A DNA stretch of 59,617 nt, taken from a virus. Its lineage: Duplodnaviria > Caudoviricetes. This document shows, piece after piece, positions 19,496 through 27,863 of this stretch (position 1 is its first letter; each line of letters starts with the position of its first letter). The DNA is taken from positions 1-59,617 of the IMG/VR virus record IMGVR_UViG_3300032285_001005, one strand, 5' to 3'. Both the position numbers and the translations under genes were made by a program. Below the pieces are notes generated by a model. The model searched no databases. It saw nothing but the letters and a program-made list of their open reading frames with translations, and was not told the origin of the DNA.

Positions 19496-19974
19496 GCTGC
19501 TTCGTCGATCTCGACTTCTTCGTCATCTTCTTCCGAGTAGAAGTCGATATCGTCGTCGAGTTCAAGTTCAGCGTCTTCAAGATCCATTTCTTCATCATCA
19601 GCGTCGTCGAAAGAGTCAAACGGCTGAATAAAGATTGGCTCGTTCTCGTCCGTGTACTGGGCGATCAAAGCGTCAAGGGTATCGACAGCTTCTTCTTCGT
19701 CCATGCCGGAACCTACCATGTAGACTTCAATGCACTTCCAATAGTCATACACGACGACGGTGCGTGGGTGTTCCGAGATTGCCATGATGGCGTAGTCAAA
19801 ACCCTCGACCGTGACGAGAGGCTCTTCAAGGATGTAGTCATAGAGGTCAATCCGCTCGCGGTTAAGCTCGCCTTCGGCTTCCATCGCAGCCCAAGCTTCT
19901 TCCATGGCGTCGGCTTGGATTTCTGGGGGAACTTCTGAACCAAATTCAATTGCGTAGTTAAACGATATCTTCAT
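19492..19974 (-). CDS. Highly acidic hypothetical protein
   Basis: EGFDYAIM...VVYDYWKCIE...GMDEEEA; D/E-rich tail. Confidence 0.75.
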   Translation of the reverse strand: MKISFNYAIEFGSEVPPEIQADAMEEAWAAMEAEGELNRERIDLYDYILEEPLVTVEGFDYAIMAISEHPRTVVVYDYWKCIEVYMVGSGMDEEEAVDTLDALIAQYTDENEPIFIQPFDSFDDADDEEMDLEDAELELDDDIDFYSEEDDEEVEIDEAA

Positions 19975-20332
19975 TGCCGACTCCTATGTTTGCGGGATTT
20001 TAAAATACCAAATTTACAGGGGGCAGGCTAGGGGGACCCTGTGACACAGGTATGAAAAGGGGGTCGGCCCGATTATTTGAAATTGCTCATAATCTGGAAA
20101 AAACAGGGTCTAAAGGTAAATCCTACGCAAGCCGCCCGAAAAAGGGGGGCCGAGGTCCGTGGCACGATGTCATCGCGAAACCAAAAAAGGGCCAAGGGAC
20201 CCGAACCATGTCACGAGGCCATGTCACGGCGGACCTAGGAAATTAAACCTAGGACCTAGGATCATATACCTAATGACATGACGCACGGTCATCCGTTAGG
20301 TAAGGTGACACGTCGGTGTCACTGTCACGAAC

Positions 20333-20385
20333 CGATGAACTCGAAACGGGTTCATCGATCAAATGAACTCGAATCCGGTTCATCG
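20333..20385. repeat. Two tandem palindromic units ATGAACTCGAA-N3-GGTTCATCG, period 28
   Basis: 20335-20357 and 20363-20385. Confidence 0.85.
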
Positions 20386-20435
20386 TGTCACGCCATCCGT
20401 GACACGGCTATTATTACGGTAACGAAACGAGTTGT

Positions 20436-20641
20436 GGCATGACAGTTTTTGTCATCCCTTAGTCGATTGTTACGGAACCGAAACGCCCAGCTCCGGGTCT
20501 TTTCTTGTAAGTCATTGATTTTATTAAATAAAAACCGATTTTCTTAAAGTCTTGTTTTTATGTGTCACGGTACCCATGACACGGTCAAACCGTTTCTAGG
20601 GCGGTTTTTGTGGTTTTTAGGGGCATGACAGTTTTTGTCAT
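20436..20641. repeat. Two identical 20-mers GGCATGACAGTTTTTGTCAT (palindromic, operator-like)
   Basis: 20436-20455 and 20622-20641. Confidence 0.85.
20508..20520 (-). promoter_or_regulatory. IHF consensus site AATCAATGACTTA
   Basis: Matches WATCAANNNNTTR with an adjacent AT tract. Confidence 0.6.
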
Positions 20642-20858
20642 GGCATCTCGGACCTGTGACATGGTAAATTTTAGGGCGTGGCAGGGCGCGAGGGGCTTAG
20701 TCTTATTTGACGGGGCGTGGCAGACCGGAAAGCGTGGCAGGGGCATTGTTAGGACCTATTTGACAGAACGTGACAGTTGCAGTTGACACGGGAACAAATC
20801 AGCTTTAAACGGGAATTGCACTACCCAATTAAACCCCTAGAAAGAGAAAGACAGAAAG

Positions 20859-22190
20859 ATGAAAATTGACGCAGCAGCAAGATCACGCTTACGGTCTGCC
20901 ATTACATCTCACACAGGTTGGCAAGACTACAAAAGAGCCACAGGTAAGGGCATCGCAGACTATCAGAAAGAAGACTACTTAGCAGCATGTCACGCCCTAC
21001 AGATTGACGCACAGGGCATCGTTGACGCAGCGCAGACAGAGGGGGCAGACATGAGAAAAGAACGGACAAAAGACCGTTTCGAGGTAAATGCTTTGTATGA
21101 CCGTTTCATTGCTGTTTTAGACCGTGTTGAAACAAAAGAACGGACAAAATGCGACGACATTTTTCGCAGCATCAGGCAGCAAGGCAGTGGCATGGCGACA
21201 GATGCACAATACAACGCTATTGACCGTATCGTGACACAGGCAGAAAGCACAGAACAGAAAGCACAGACATTTGACGCAGCCCCCGCAGCGCAACCCGTGG
21301 CAGCGCCCCCCGCAGCGTCAAATGCTCTCTATGACATAATGCGCGAGGCAGTAAGGGCAGACCTTGAACCATTAGTGAAGGGCATTGTCACAAGGGCGCT
21401 TGACGGGGTAGCAACGGTCAAGATTGAGTTGCAGCAGCAGGGCGCAACAGTAGGGGCGTCTGACGGTCATCAGCACCCTATGTTCACAACGCTTTGCAGG
21501 GCGCTTTCTGCACGGCAGGTTGACAGCTTCGCCCCTAACGTCTGGATAGCAGGCCCCGCAGGTAGTGGTAAAACACATGCTGCAAAGACGTTTGCAAGCG
21601 TGGCAAAGCTTGCTTTCTGGTACAATGGGGCGCTTTCAATGCCCCATGAGTTGCTAGGGTTTATTGATGCAGCAGGGCATTATCATAGAACGCCCTTCCG
21701 TGAAGCGTTTGAACATGGGGGCGTTTACCTATTTGACGAGGTTGACGGTAGTGACAACGCAGCCCTGTTAGCCCTTAACGCAGCCCTAGCTAATGGCAGA
21801 GCAAGCTTTCCAGACGCACAGATTGAACGACACAAAGACTGTCGGATTATTGCGACAGCTAACACATGGGGGCTAGGCGCTACAGCAGACTACGTAGGGC
21901 GCAGCAAAATTGACGCAGCGTTTTTGTCACGCTTTCCAGTACGTCTGCCATGGGATTATGACGCAGCCCTTGAGGTTGCTATCTCTGGTAATGCTGATTT
22001 TGCAAGACGAGTTCAGGCAGCACGTGAGCGTGCAAGGGCAGCAGGTCTTAAGGTCTTGATTGATCCCCGCGCAACCATGGCAGGGGCAGCGTTAATCGCA
22101 GCAGGTCTGACACATGACGAGGCAGCAAGCTTAACCTATCTTGCCAACCTGTCACCTGATCAGAAAAAGCTTGTCGAGGGGCGCGCATAA
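20859..22190 (+). CDS. MoxR/CobS-like AAA+ ATPase
   Basis: GPAGSGKT, YLFDEVD, IATANT...YVGRSKIDAAFLSRF. Confidence 0.88.
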   Translation: MKIDAAARSRLRSAITSHTGWQDYKRATGKGIADYQKEDYLAACHALQIDAQGIVDAAQTEGADMRKERTKDRFEVNALYDRFIAVLDRVETKERTKCDDIFRSIRQQGSGMATDAQYNAIDRIVTQAESTEQKAQTFDAAPAAQPVAAPPAASNALYDIMREAVRADLEPLVKGIVTRALDGVATVKIELQQQGATVGASDGHQHPMFTTLCRALSARQVDSFAPNVWIAGPAGSGKTHAAKTFASVAKLAFWYNGALSMPHELLGFIDAAGHYHRTPFREAFEHGGVYLFDEVDGSDNAALLALNAALANGRASFPDAQIERHKDCRIIATANTWGLGATADYVGRSKIDAAFLSRFPVRLPWDYDAALEVAISGNADFARRVQAARERARAAGLKVLIDPRATMAGAALIAAGLTHDEAASLTYLANLSPDQKKLVEGRA

Positions 22191-22229
22191 TTGCGCCCCC
22201 AACCAACCCTAGAAAGAGAAAGAAAGACC

Positions 22230-23102
22230 ATGCAACAGATTATTCTAGACACTATTGAGACCTGCCCCGTTCAAGGTAAAGACGTGTTTCTTATAGGTGA
22301 CATGCCAAGCTTCGCTAACAGAGCAGACAGCGTGCCTGAGAACAACGACAGCAGGTCAAGTTGTCGTTCTGGTAACGATTGGACAGGTAACGTGTCTTAT
22401 TCTGATGCTGTCAAGATGACACGTGAGGGCGATTTGAAGGGCGTTGCCATGTCTGATAAATACCTGCAACGCTTCGAAGCATTGGCACCCATGCGAGGGG
22501 CGTGGCAGGTACGTGATGACGTGGCGGGGGGCGTACCTAACGTTCAAGCTTTCTTAGCAGGTACGCCCTTGACAATGCGTCGACGTGAGCGAGTTGCGCT
22601 TGAGACTGCGCCCCTTGCTGTCGCTGTTGACCTAGTGTCATCTGCTACTGTTTCAGCAGAGCATTTAAAAAAACGGGGCGCTTTAATCCTAGCCCTTGTA
22701 AGGGCGCTATCAGCAACCCGCCCTGTCGAGTTATGGGTAGGGGGCAGCGCAACCCCTATGAACAAGAGACAAGACGGGGCGTGGCATGTCTGGACACGTT
22801 TAGACACAGCGCCCCTTGACCTTGCAAGGGCAGCGCATGTGATGACCTGCCCCGCTGTTTCGCGTGGCATGATTTACGCAACCATTACCGACGAGGCAAA
22901 GGGCAGCAATGATCTGCATTGGCCCTATAGCAACCACGCATGGTCAAGGGCTAACATGCGCCCTGTATTGTCTCGCGTTATTGGTTCAGGTGACATGTTA
23001 ACCATTGCAGCGCCTCACACTAATGACGAGCTAGTTAACAACCCTGAACAATGGTTTGAGCGCATGTTAAAAGAATTCGGGGGGCTTGATCATGACGCCT
23101 AA
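22230..23102 (+). CDS. vWA-like partner of the AAA+ ATPase
   Basis: AGGVPNVQAFLAGTP; beta strand plus DLVSSATVS (degenerate MIDAS); ATG 22230 follows a leader shared with the AAA gene. Confidence 0.6.
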   Translation: MQQIILDTIETCPVQGKDVFLIGDMPSFANRADSVPENNDSRSSCRSGNDWTGNVSYSDAVKMTREGDLKGVAMSDKYLQRFEALAPMRGAWQVRDDVAGGVPNVQAFLAGTPLTMRRRERVALETAPLAVAVDLVSSATVSAEHLKKRGALILALVRALSATRPVELWVGGSATPMNKRQDGAWHVWTRLDTAPLDLARAAHVMTCPAVSRGMIYATITDEAKGSNDLHWPYSNHAWSRANMRPVLSRVIGSGDMLTIAAPHTNDELVNNPEQWFERMLKEFGGLDHDA

Positions 23103-23310
23103 TCAAGCGCAAGCTTTAGGTCTGGACATAAGACCTGACGGGGCGAAAGCTTTAGTTGTTCTTTACAAGGGCGCAGCTTTCGCATGGGTAGAAAGATCAC
23201 AGCGTGACCGTCACCTATGGCGGGGCGTGACAGTATCAGGGGCGCTGTTTCACGCTAGGACTGTTTCGGAGTTAATCGATACCTTAGCAGCCAACCTGCC
23301 CCCGTCTTAA
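23092..23310 (+). CDS. Hypothetical protein
   Basis: Overlaps the upstream stop; same sequence style; ends before a terminator. Confidence 0.65.
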   Translation: MTPNQAQALGLDIRPDGAKALVVLYKGAAFAWVERSQRDRHLWRGVTVSGALFHARTVSELIDTLAANLPPS

Positions 23311-23603
23311 TTGTCTGCCCCTGTCGTGTCATCAAGCCCCCCGCTTTCGGGGGGCTTTTTTTGTTCCGTGTCATCTAATGGCACAGGTACAAGCGCCAAG
23401 CGATAGCCGAAAACATGGGCAATATGCGCGACCGTCGACAAGCGCAGATCGGTATTGATTCCTACCTTTGTCATCGTGGCATGTGACAGACCCGCCAGCT
23501 TCAGGAGTCGCCGTTGTGACAGCTTGTGCTTGTCGCGTTCAGCCAGAACCCACTTGGAGAACTGGGAGGTAGACTTCAAAAATATTAAATCCATCACGCG
23601 CAC
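23307..23603 (-). CDS. XRE-family HTH regulator
   Basis: LSQRRLLKLAGLSHATM...DLRLSTVAHIAHVFGYRLALV. Confidence 0.75.
   Translation of the reverse strand: MRVMDLIFLKSTSQFSKWVLAERDKHKLSQRRLLKLAGLSHATMTKVGINTDLRLSTVAHIAHVFGYRLALVPVPLDDTEQKKPPESGGLDDTTGADN
23334..23362 (+). terminator. Intrinsic terminator of the AAA/vWA operon
   Basis: AAGCCCCCCG-CTTT-CGGGGGGCTT plus T run. Confidence 0.88.
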
Positions 23604-24028
23604 TCATAATCCATAACCGAGCGATTTCGGTCTAGCTTTTCGTTTATGTGGTCCAGCATGTCTTGCCACGGCACAGGATAGCTCAACACTAAATCCGCTT
23701 CGGGCGGTTGCTCACTGGTGTTCAAGGCCAATATGTCACGACAGTTGTACACGTGGATTAACTCCTGAGCCGGATGACTTATGACATTCCAGACATTGCA
23801 ATAGTGTTCACTGCGTTTGTACTGCCACGATATCTGGGACGGACGCCATAGGCCCTCGGTCTTGAACTTCTTGGTCTTGCAAACTTTTAACTCGATCCAA
23901 AACTCTCCGAACTTTGTGGCACCATTGATATCCGGCATCCCTGTGCCGACCCGTGCCTCAAGCCTCGTCCATTCCACTCCCGTCGGAGTCGCTTTCTTCA
24001 AGCTCTGCCACATCTTCGCCTCGGTCAT
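23594..24028 (-). CDS. PD-(D/E)XK nuclease (VRR-NUC / Holliday junction resolvase-like)
   Basis: MTEAKMW...RLE...GMPDING...WIELK...RPSQISW. Confidence 0.8.
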   Translation of the reverse strand: MTEAKMWQSLKKATPTGVEWTRLEARVGTGMPDINGATKFGEFWIELKVCKTKKFKTEGLWRPSQISWQYKRSEHYCNVWNVISHPAQELIHVYNCRDILALNTSEQPPEADLVLSYPVPWQDMLDHINEKLDRNRSVMDYECA

Positions 24029-24662
24029 CAAAATCGAGTATCTCGGCATCATCCCTCACTGCGGTTGTCATAACTTCCTTGATATCATTATCAGGGATGT
24101 CGATGACATTGGTAGAACTAGGCAAGGCCAGCATCGGGAACTCAGCTTGAAGCCTGCGAATCTCGTTCATGACTTCGTCCCGTGACATCTGGTCAATCTT
24201 ACCTACCAAGATTTCAGACCGTGACACATACAAGCCTGCCGCTTGTCCACGGGATTTCTCAGCCGCGACCGCCGCTGTGAAGTTTCCCTTCTCCAAAGCC
24301 GCATCTCTGATCTCAGCCAGCTTGGTGACATGGCTATCAAAAGTCACATCTGCGCGATGTGCTAACGCTTCTCTGATCTCTTCCACTCGTTTCACCACCC
24401 TTGGAAAGTATTTCTCATTCAGGAGTAACCAACCCAAGACCTTGGGCTTCTTACAAGTGTATCCCGCACGACGCACGGCTTCGGTCTGTGACAGATTCCC
24501 GCCCGCATACAATCGGGCGAACTCTTCCTGCTTGGGCGTTATACCATAAACCCGCCGTGTGTTTGCCACGGGCTTCAGAACTTTGTGAAGCTCCACGGGC
24601 AACGGCCTGCGGATGTCTTGCACTGGTCTGCCACGCTTCTTCTGTTTCAGGAATGACGCCAT
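23958..24662 (-). CDS. terS: Terminase small subunit
   Basis: ITPKQEEFARLY...SQTEAVRRAGY HTH; AAVAAEKSRGQAAGLY. Confidence 0.8.
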   Translation of the reverse strand: MASFLKQKKRGRPVQDIRRPLPVELHKVLKPVANTRRVYGITPKQEEFARLYAGGNLSQTEAVRRAGYTCKKPKVLGWLLLNEKYFPRVVKRVEEIREALAHRADVTFDSHVTKLAEIRDAALEKGNFTAAVAAEKSRGQAAGLYVSRSEILVGKIDQMSRDEVMNEIRRLQAEFPMLALPSSTNVIDIPDNDIKEVMTTAVRDDAEILDFDDRGEDVAELEESDSDGSGMDEA

Positions 24663-25131
24663 GTCAGGAGTATAGCCAATTCAAACTGGCGGCTCAACAG
24701 AGTTTTGCTATAAGAGCGGTTTTTCCCGTTTAGACAGAAAAGCAAACGTTTCCCGCACACGCACGTCTAGGCATAATATTGTACCCATGCAACTATGTCA
24801 TAGCTAATTGTGATAAAGGGAGTGTATCGACTCTGCTATGCACTGGAGGTAGACCCTTTATTGCAATCCCTTATTTATCAATGGGTTATCGATCCAATAA
24901 AGACTCTGAGCCAATAAAGGGCTTCCCAATGGCCGAAAAAATAATTTATGTCTAATTTGGCTGAAACGCCCTATACTCAATATATTCAATGACTTACAAT
25001 TTTAAGAGTCGATATAGAGTCGATATCTTTATATAATTCTCCTCCTTATAGCAAAGGTCCAAGGACCGAGGACCACCCTCCTTGACCATCATGTCATTTC
25101 TTGATAGTCCTTACACCGTTGACATAGCTAC
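24663..25131. other. AT-rich divergent intergenic region with IHF sites and repeats; candidate origin/control region
   Basis: IHF matches at 24876-24888 and 24984-24996; AGAGTCGATA at 25005 and 25016, inverted at 24825. Confidence 0.5.
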
Positions 25132-25149
25132 ATGACACGGAGAACTTAC

Positions 25150-25464
25150 ATGGAAGACTTTGAGATATTATCCGAGATGATTGAGCGCGGCGTTGCCAAG
25201 CCAGCGAGCAAGCGTCAGCCAGTCGCCATTGATTGGGGAGTGATCGAGGACGGTGACAGCGTTGTGGCGCACAGTGCGAAGCGGGCGGCGGTTTTGATAT
25301 CGTCATTCAAGCATCACCAGAAGAACAGTCCGAAGCATCAATGTTTTTCGATAAGCCAACGCAAGCAAGCGGATGGTTCGGTGCGTCTCTTCTTTGAAGA
25401 CACTGATAAAACATTAAGAGAAAAGCTTTTGAGACGTGGTATCATCTTACCAAAAAGTAAGTGA
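25150..25464 (+). CDS. Hypothetical protein, possibly DNA-binding
   Basis: GGAG upstream; loose similarity to 27339..27644. Confidence 0.65.
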   Translation: MEDFEILSEMIERGVAKPASKRQPVAIDWGVIEDGDSVVAHSAKRAAVLISSFKHHQKNSPKHQCFSISQRKQADGSVRLFFEDTDKTLREKLLRRGIILPKSK

Positions 25465-25474
25465 TATCAACCAC

Positions 25475-25522
25475 TTAAAGCGGCCAACCTGTAAGCAATC
25501 CTTACAAGTTGCGCCGCTTTAA
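25475..25522. repeat. 48-bp imperfect palindrome upstream of the early promoter
   Basis: TTAAAGCGGC-CAACCTGTAAG-caatc-CTTACAAGTTG-c-GCCGCTTTAA. Confidence 0.8.
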
Positions 25523-25541
25523 AATTATTTTAAAAACCCTA

Positions 25542-25570
25542 TTGACAGTTTTAATTGGCACTTATAACTT
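25542..25570 (+). promoter_or_regulatory. Sigma70-like early promoter TTGACA-N17-TAACTT
   Basis: Perfect -35, AT-rich UP element, near-duplicate at 32840. Confidence 0.7.
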
Positions 25571-25615
25571 TAAACCCATCAGCAAGAACGCTGATTCGAA
25601 GAAAGGAAGAAAGCG

Positions 25616-25924
25616 ATGAACACTAAGACCCAATCCCCAGATAACGATATCGATATGATCGCTGAGACGTTTGGTTTGACCGAAGGTCTTTGCAAGATGG
25701 TTGTAATCAACGTTGTGGAAACCTTGAAGGAAAAGCACTCTGAAGCAGACATTATGCGGACGGTGGTATTTGCCGTGTTGGAATTTGGTTTAAAGCTTGG
25801 ATTGATGGCGACGACTGGCGTGGATGACTTCCGTGGAATGGTTGACCGGATGGTGGATAACCTTGTTCAGCACGACGAAGACGTGCAACGGATATTTGAA
25901 GATCGGAAAAAGGCTCAGAATTAA
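25616..25924 (+). CDS. Hypothetical protein
   Basis: GAAAGGAAG leader after the promoter. Confidence 0.75.
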   Translation: MNTKTQSPDNDIDMIAETFGLTEGLCKMVVINVVETLKEKHSEADIMRTVVFAVLEFGLKLGLMATTGVDDFRGMVDRMVDNLVQHDEDVQRIFEDRKKAQN

Positions 25925-25959
25925 TTCTGAGCCTACCCTTCGAATGACGGAGAAATGTC

Positions 25960-26211
25960 ATGCAACTGAATATCGAAACAAATAGAAACGGCTACGAACG
26001 GTTAATCACACCGGACTTTGCTTGTTTGTATTACAAGAAAGAAAGCAATGTCTGCTATCGCGTTTCGACTGAGTCTGACGTGCAGTGGGAAGAAACAAAT
26101 CATTGCGGGTGGATATTTAACGAGCAGTCTTTGCGACAGGCCGCAGAATTATTCTTGCGTCTGGCTGACGATATTTCAGATGCTCTTGAACAAAGGACCG
26201 AGGACCAATGA
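25960..26211 (+). CDS. Hypothetical protein
   Basis: GGAG RBS. Confidence 0.7.
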   Translation: MQLNIETNRNGYERLITPDFACLYYKKESNVCYRVSTESDVQWEETNHCGWIFNEQSLRQAAELFLRLADDISDALEQRTEDQ

Positions 26212-26354
26212 CACAGGAAAAGATCACAGTAGAAGCATTACTCATAGCTTTGCAAAACCTATACACGTGGATGGCGGAGTACTATCCGAGTTCGGTAAAC
26301 AACAGCCCTGCCATGAAAGCCGCTTTTGAAATCATAAAGGAACAGAACCAATGA
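26208..26354 (+). CDS. Hypothetical protein (48 aa, not in the ORF track)
   Basis: ATGA coupling at both ends; MTQEKITVEALLIALQ... Confidence 0.65.
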   Translation: MTQEKITVEALLIALQNLYTWMAEYYPSSVNNSPAMKAAFEIIKEQNQ

Positions 26355-26623
26355 CCGATGACATCTTAGAAAGACCAATCACCTACATCGTAAAGATCAG
26401 CCGCACAAAAACAGAAACCGCTTTGATCCCTGTTGTCGCTATGTCCGCAGACGAAGCCATGACAAAGGCTTGGGCAAGACGAGCGGGCAACCATCACGAA
26501 TGGCGCGTGACTGGGACAGATGAGAAGTTGCACGGCATCGTTGACACACGAGGCTTTGCCAATGACTTTCAAACGGAACAATACAACAAAGGTTTTGTAA
26601 CCAATGAACCACACAAAGTTTGA
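26351..26623 (+). CDS. Hypothetical protein
   Basis: Coupled ORF. Confidence 0.7.
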   Translation: MTDDILERPITYIVKISRTKTETALIPVVAMSADEAMTKAWARRAGNHHEWRVTGTDEKLHGIVDTRGFANDFQTEQYNKGFVTNEPHKV

Positions 26624-26849
26624 AACAAGCTTCACACTCAAACGTGAATGTGACGCGGGCAACTCTATTGACACGAAGATCCAATACATCCAAGGGGTGC
26701 CAATGGTTATGGTAGTAACGCAAGGAACCAATCGTATAGAGTTCACACCACCGGAAGCCGTTGCTTTCCAATATGCGATGCGAGAGTTTGGCGCTTTTAA
26801 AAGCATTGTAGGTCGGATGAACAGTCCCGACACAGACGACGACGATTGA
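26604..26849 (+). CDS. Hypothetical protein
   Basis: Overlapping ORF in the early operon. Confidence 0.65.
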   Translation: MNHTKFETSFTLKRECDAGNSIDTKIQYIQGVPMVMVVTQGTNRIEFTPPEAVAFQYAMREFGAFKSIVGRMNSPDTDDDD

Positions 26850-26858
26850 TAGGAGCGA

Positions 26859-27068
26859 GTGATGACACAGCCAGTGACATATGTATGCAAAGCTTGCCAA
26901 GGGGCGAACGTTTTGAAAGATGCTTTCGCTTATTGGGATGCGTTTGACCAAGAATGGAAAGTGCAGAATAATTTTAGTGGCGGCGCAGTGTGCGAAGATT
27001 GCGATGGCCCGACAATCTTGGTTAAAATAGAATTACACAAGGCCAGAGAACAAGGAGAAAGCAAATGA
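26859..27068 (+). CDS. Zn-ribbon protein
   Basis: CKAC...CEDC; AGGAG RBS. Confidence 0.7.
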   Translation: MMTQPVTYVCKACQGANVLKDAFAYWDAFDQEWKVQNNFSGGAVCEDCDGPTILVKIELHKAREQGESK

Positions 27069-27352
27069 CACGAACGACAATCATTAAATCTGACATGGGT
27101 ACAGCAAAGATACTCTACCCAGAAGAAGCACAGCAACAGACCGAGTGCATCATGTTGTTGAAGCAACAGGTTGACACATTTGTCGAAGCGAACATGCCAG
27201 ACAGAAACGTCTTGCAGTCTTATGGCACGGCGTTGAGTTCCTTGGTGACACTCGCAACCATTCTGGCGATGCACTTGGAGATGAGCCAAGAAGATATAAC
27301 CAAACTATTTACCATGGCAGTAGAAGGAAACTATAAAAATGCTAAACGCTGA
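27065..27352 (+). CDS. Hypothetical protein
   Basis: AAGGAG RBS, ATGA coupling. Confidence 0.7.
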   Translation: MTRTTIIKSDMGTAKILYPEEAQQQTECIMLLKQQVDTFVEANMPDRNVLQSYGTALSSLVTLATILAMHLEMSQEDITKLFTMAVEGNYKNAKR

Positions 27353-27644
27353 AACAAGAAAGTCAGTCGCAGTGATTACGAAGATTTCAAAGCCGCGTGT
27401 CATGGAGTTGCCGAAGGTCAGAGCCAATGCGAGGCCGCGTCCGATTGACCCGCGCTCGATGCAAGGTAGGTTGACGCTCGCCATCTTGGCTTTGAAGATT
27501 GGTGAGATGATCAAGATCAAATACGATGGCCCCGATGGCAATGTGTCAGGACGGATCGGCGCTTTCAGGAAGAAGAACCCCGACGTTAAGATCACCACGC
27601 GCAAGCTTGATGAAGAGACGCTCGGTATCTGGCGGCTTGTGTGA
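27339..27644 (+). CDS. Basic hypothetical protein, possibly DNA-binding
   Basis: LKIGEMI...KITTRK...LGIWRL. Confidence 0.65.
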   Translation: MLNAETRKSVAVITKISKPRVMELPKVRANARPRPIDPRSMQGRLTLAILALKIGEMIKIKYDGPDGNVSGRIGAFRKKNPDVKITTRKLDEETLGIWRLV

Positions 27645-27653
27645 GTGCGCCCG

Positions 27654-27863
27654 ATGACAAATGATCCACACTACGTGACGCCTGAAGAGGCAGGGAAAAT
27701 GATATGCCCCCACAAACCAAATCAAATGAGCATTTGGTGTGAAGGCCCAAAATGCATGGCTTGGCGGTGGAAACCTACCCATCGTCAAGCAGAATGGCCG
27801 ACGCCGCAGACTGTTAAGGAATACAGCACAACTCACGGCTATTGCGGGATGGTACGGTCATGA
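27654..27863 (+). CDS. Cys-rich hypothetical protein
   Basis: TPEEA..MICP...CEGPKCMAWRW...HGYCG. Confidence 0.7.
   Translation: MTNDPHYVTPEEAGKMICPHKPNQMSIWCEGPKCMAWRWKPTHRQAEWPTPQTVKEYSTTHGYCGMVRS

Larger units (their letters stand above)
19975..20858. other. Repeat-rich non-coding region; candidate genome end / pac region and early promoter
   Basis: No credible ORF; dense palindromes, G and A tracts and an IHF site; lies between terL and terS. Confidence 0.6.

Noticed and set aside
20052-20246. 64-aa ORF in the non-coding region
   Set aside because: It translates DNA repeats, has no clear RBS and is not protein-like
20305-20322. matS (GTGACRNYGTCAC)
   Set aside because: The spacer between half-sites does not match here or at 23204-23214
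20205-20330. Pho boxes (TGTCAY half-sites)
   Set aside because: Spacing is mostly 13 bp or inverted, not the 11-bp direct repeat; no phosphate genes nearby
20333-20385. Alphaproteobacterial LexA box (GTTC-N7-GTTC)
   Set aside because: GAAC and GTTC are inverted here, not direct repeats with N7
20200-20800. CRISPR array
   Set aside because: The repeats are heterogeneous, have at most 2-3 copies and lack regular unique spacers; no cas genes
20859-22190. Cobalamin biosynthesis auxiliary gene (cobS)
   Set aside because: Only the MoxR-type AAA+ fold is supported; no cobN or other cob genes
24929-24956. dif-like XerCD site
   Set aside because: The XerD-like arm TTATGTCTAAT is partial and the XerC arm does not match
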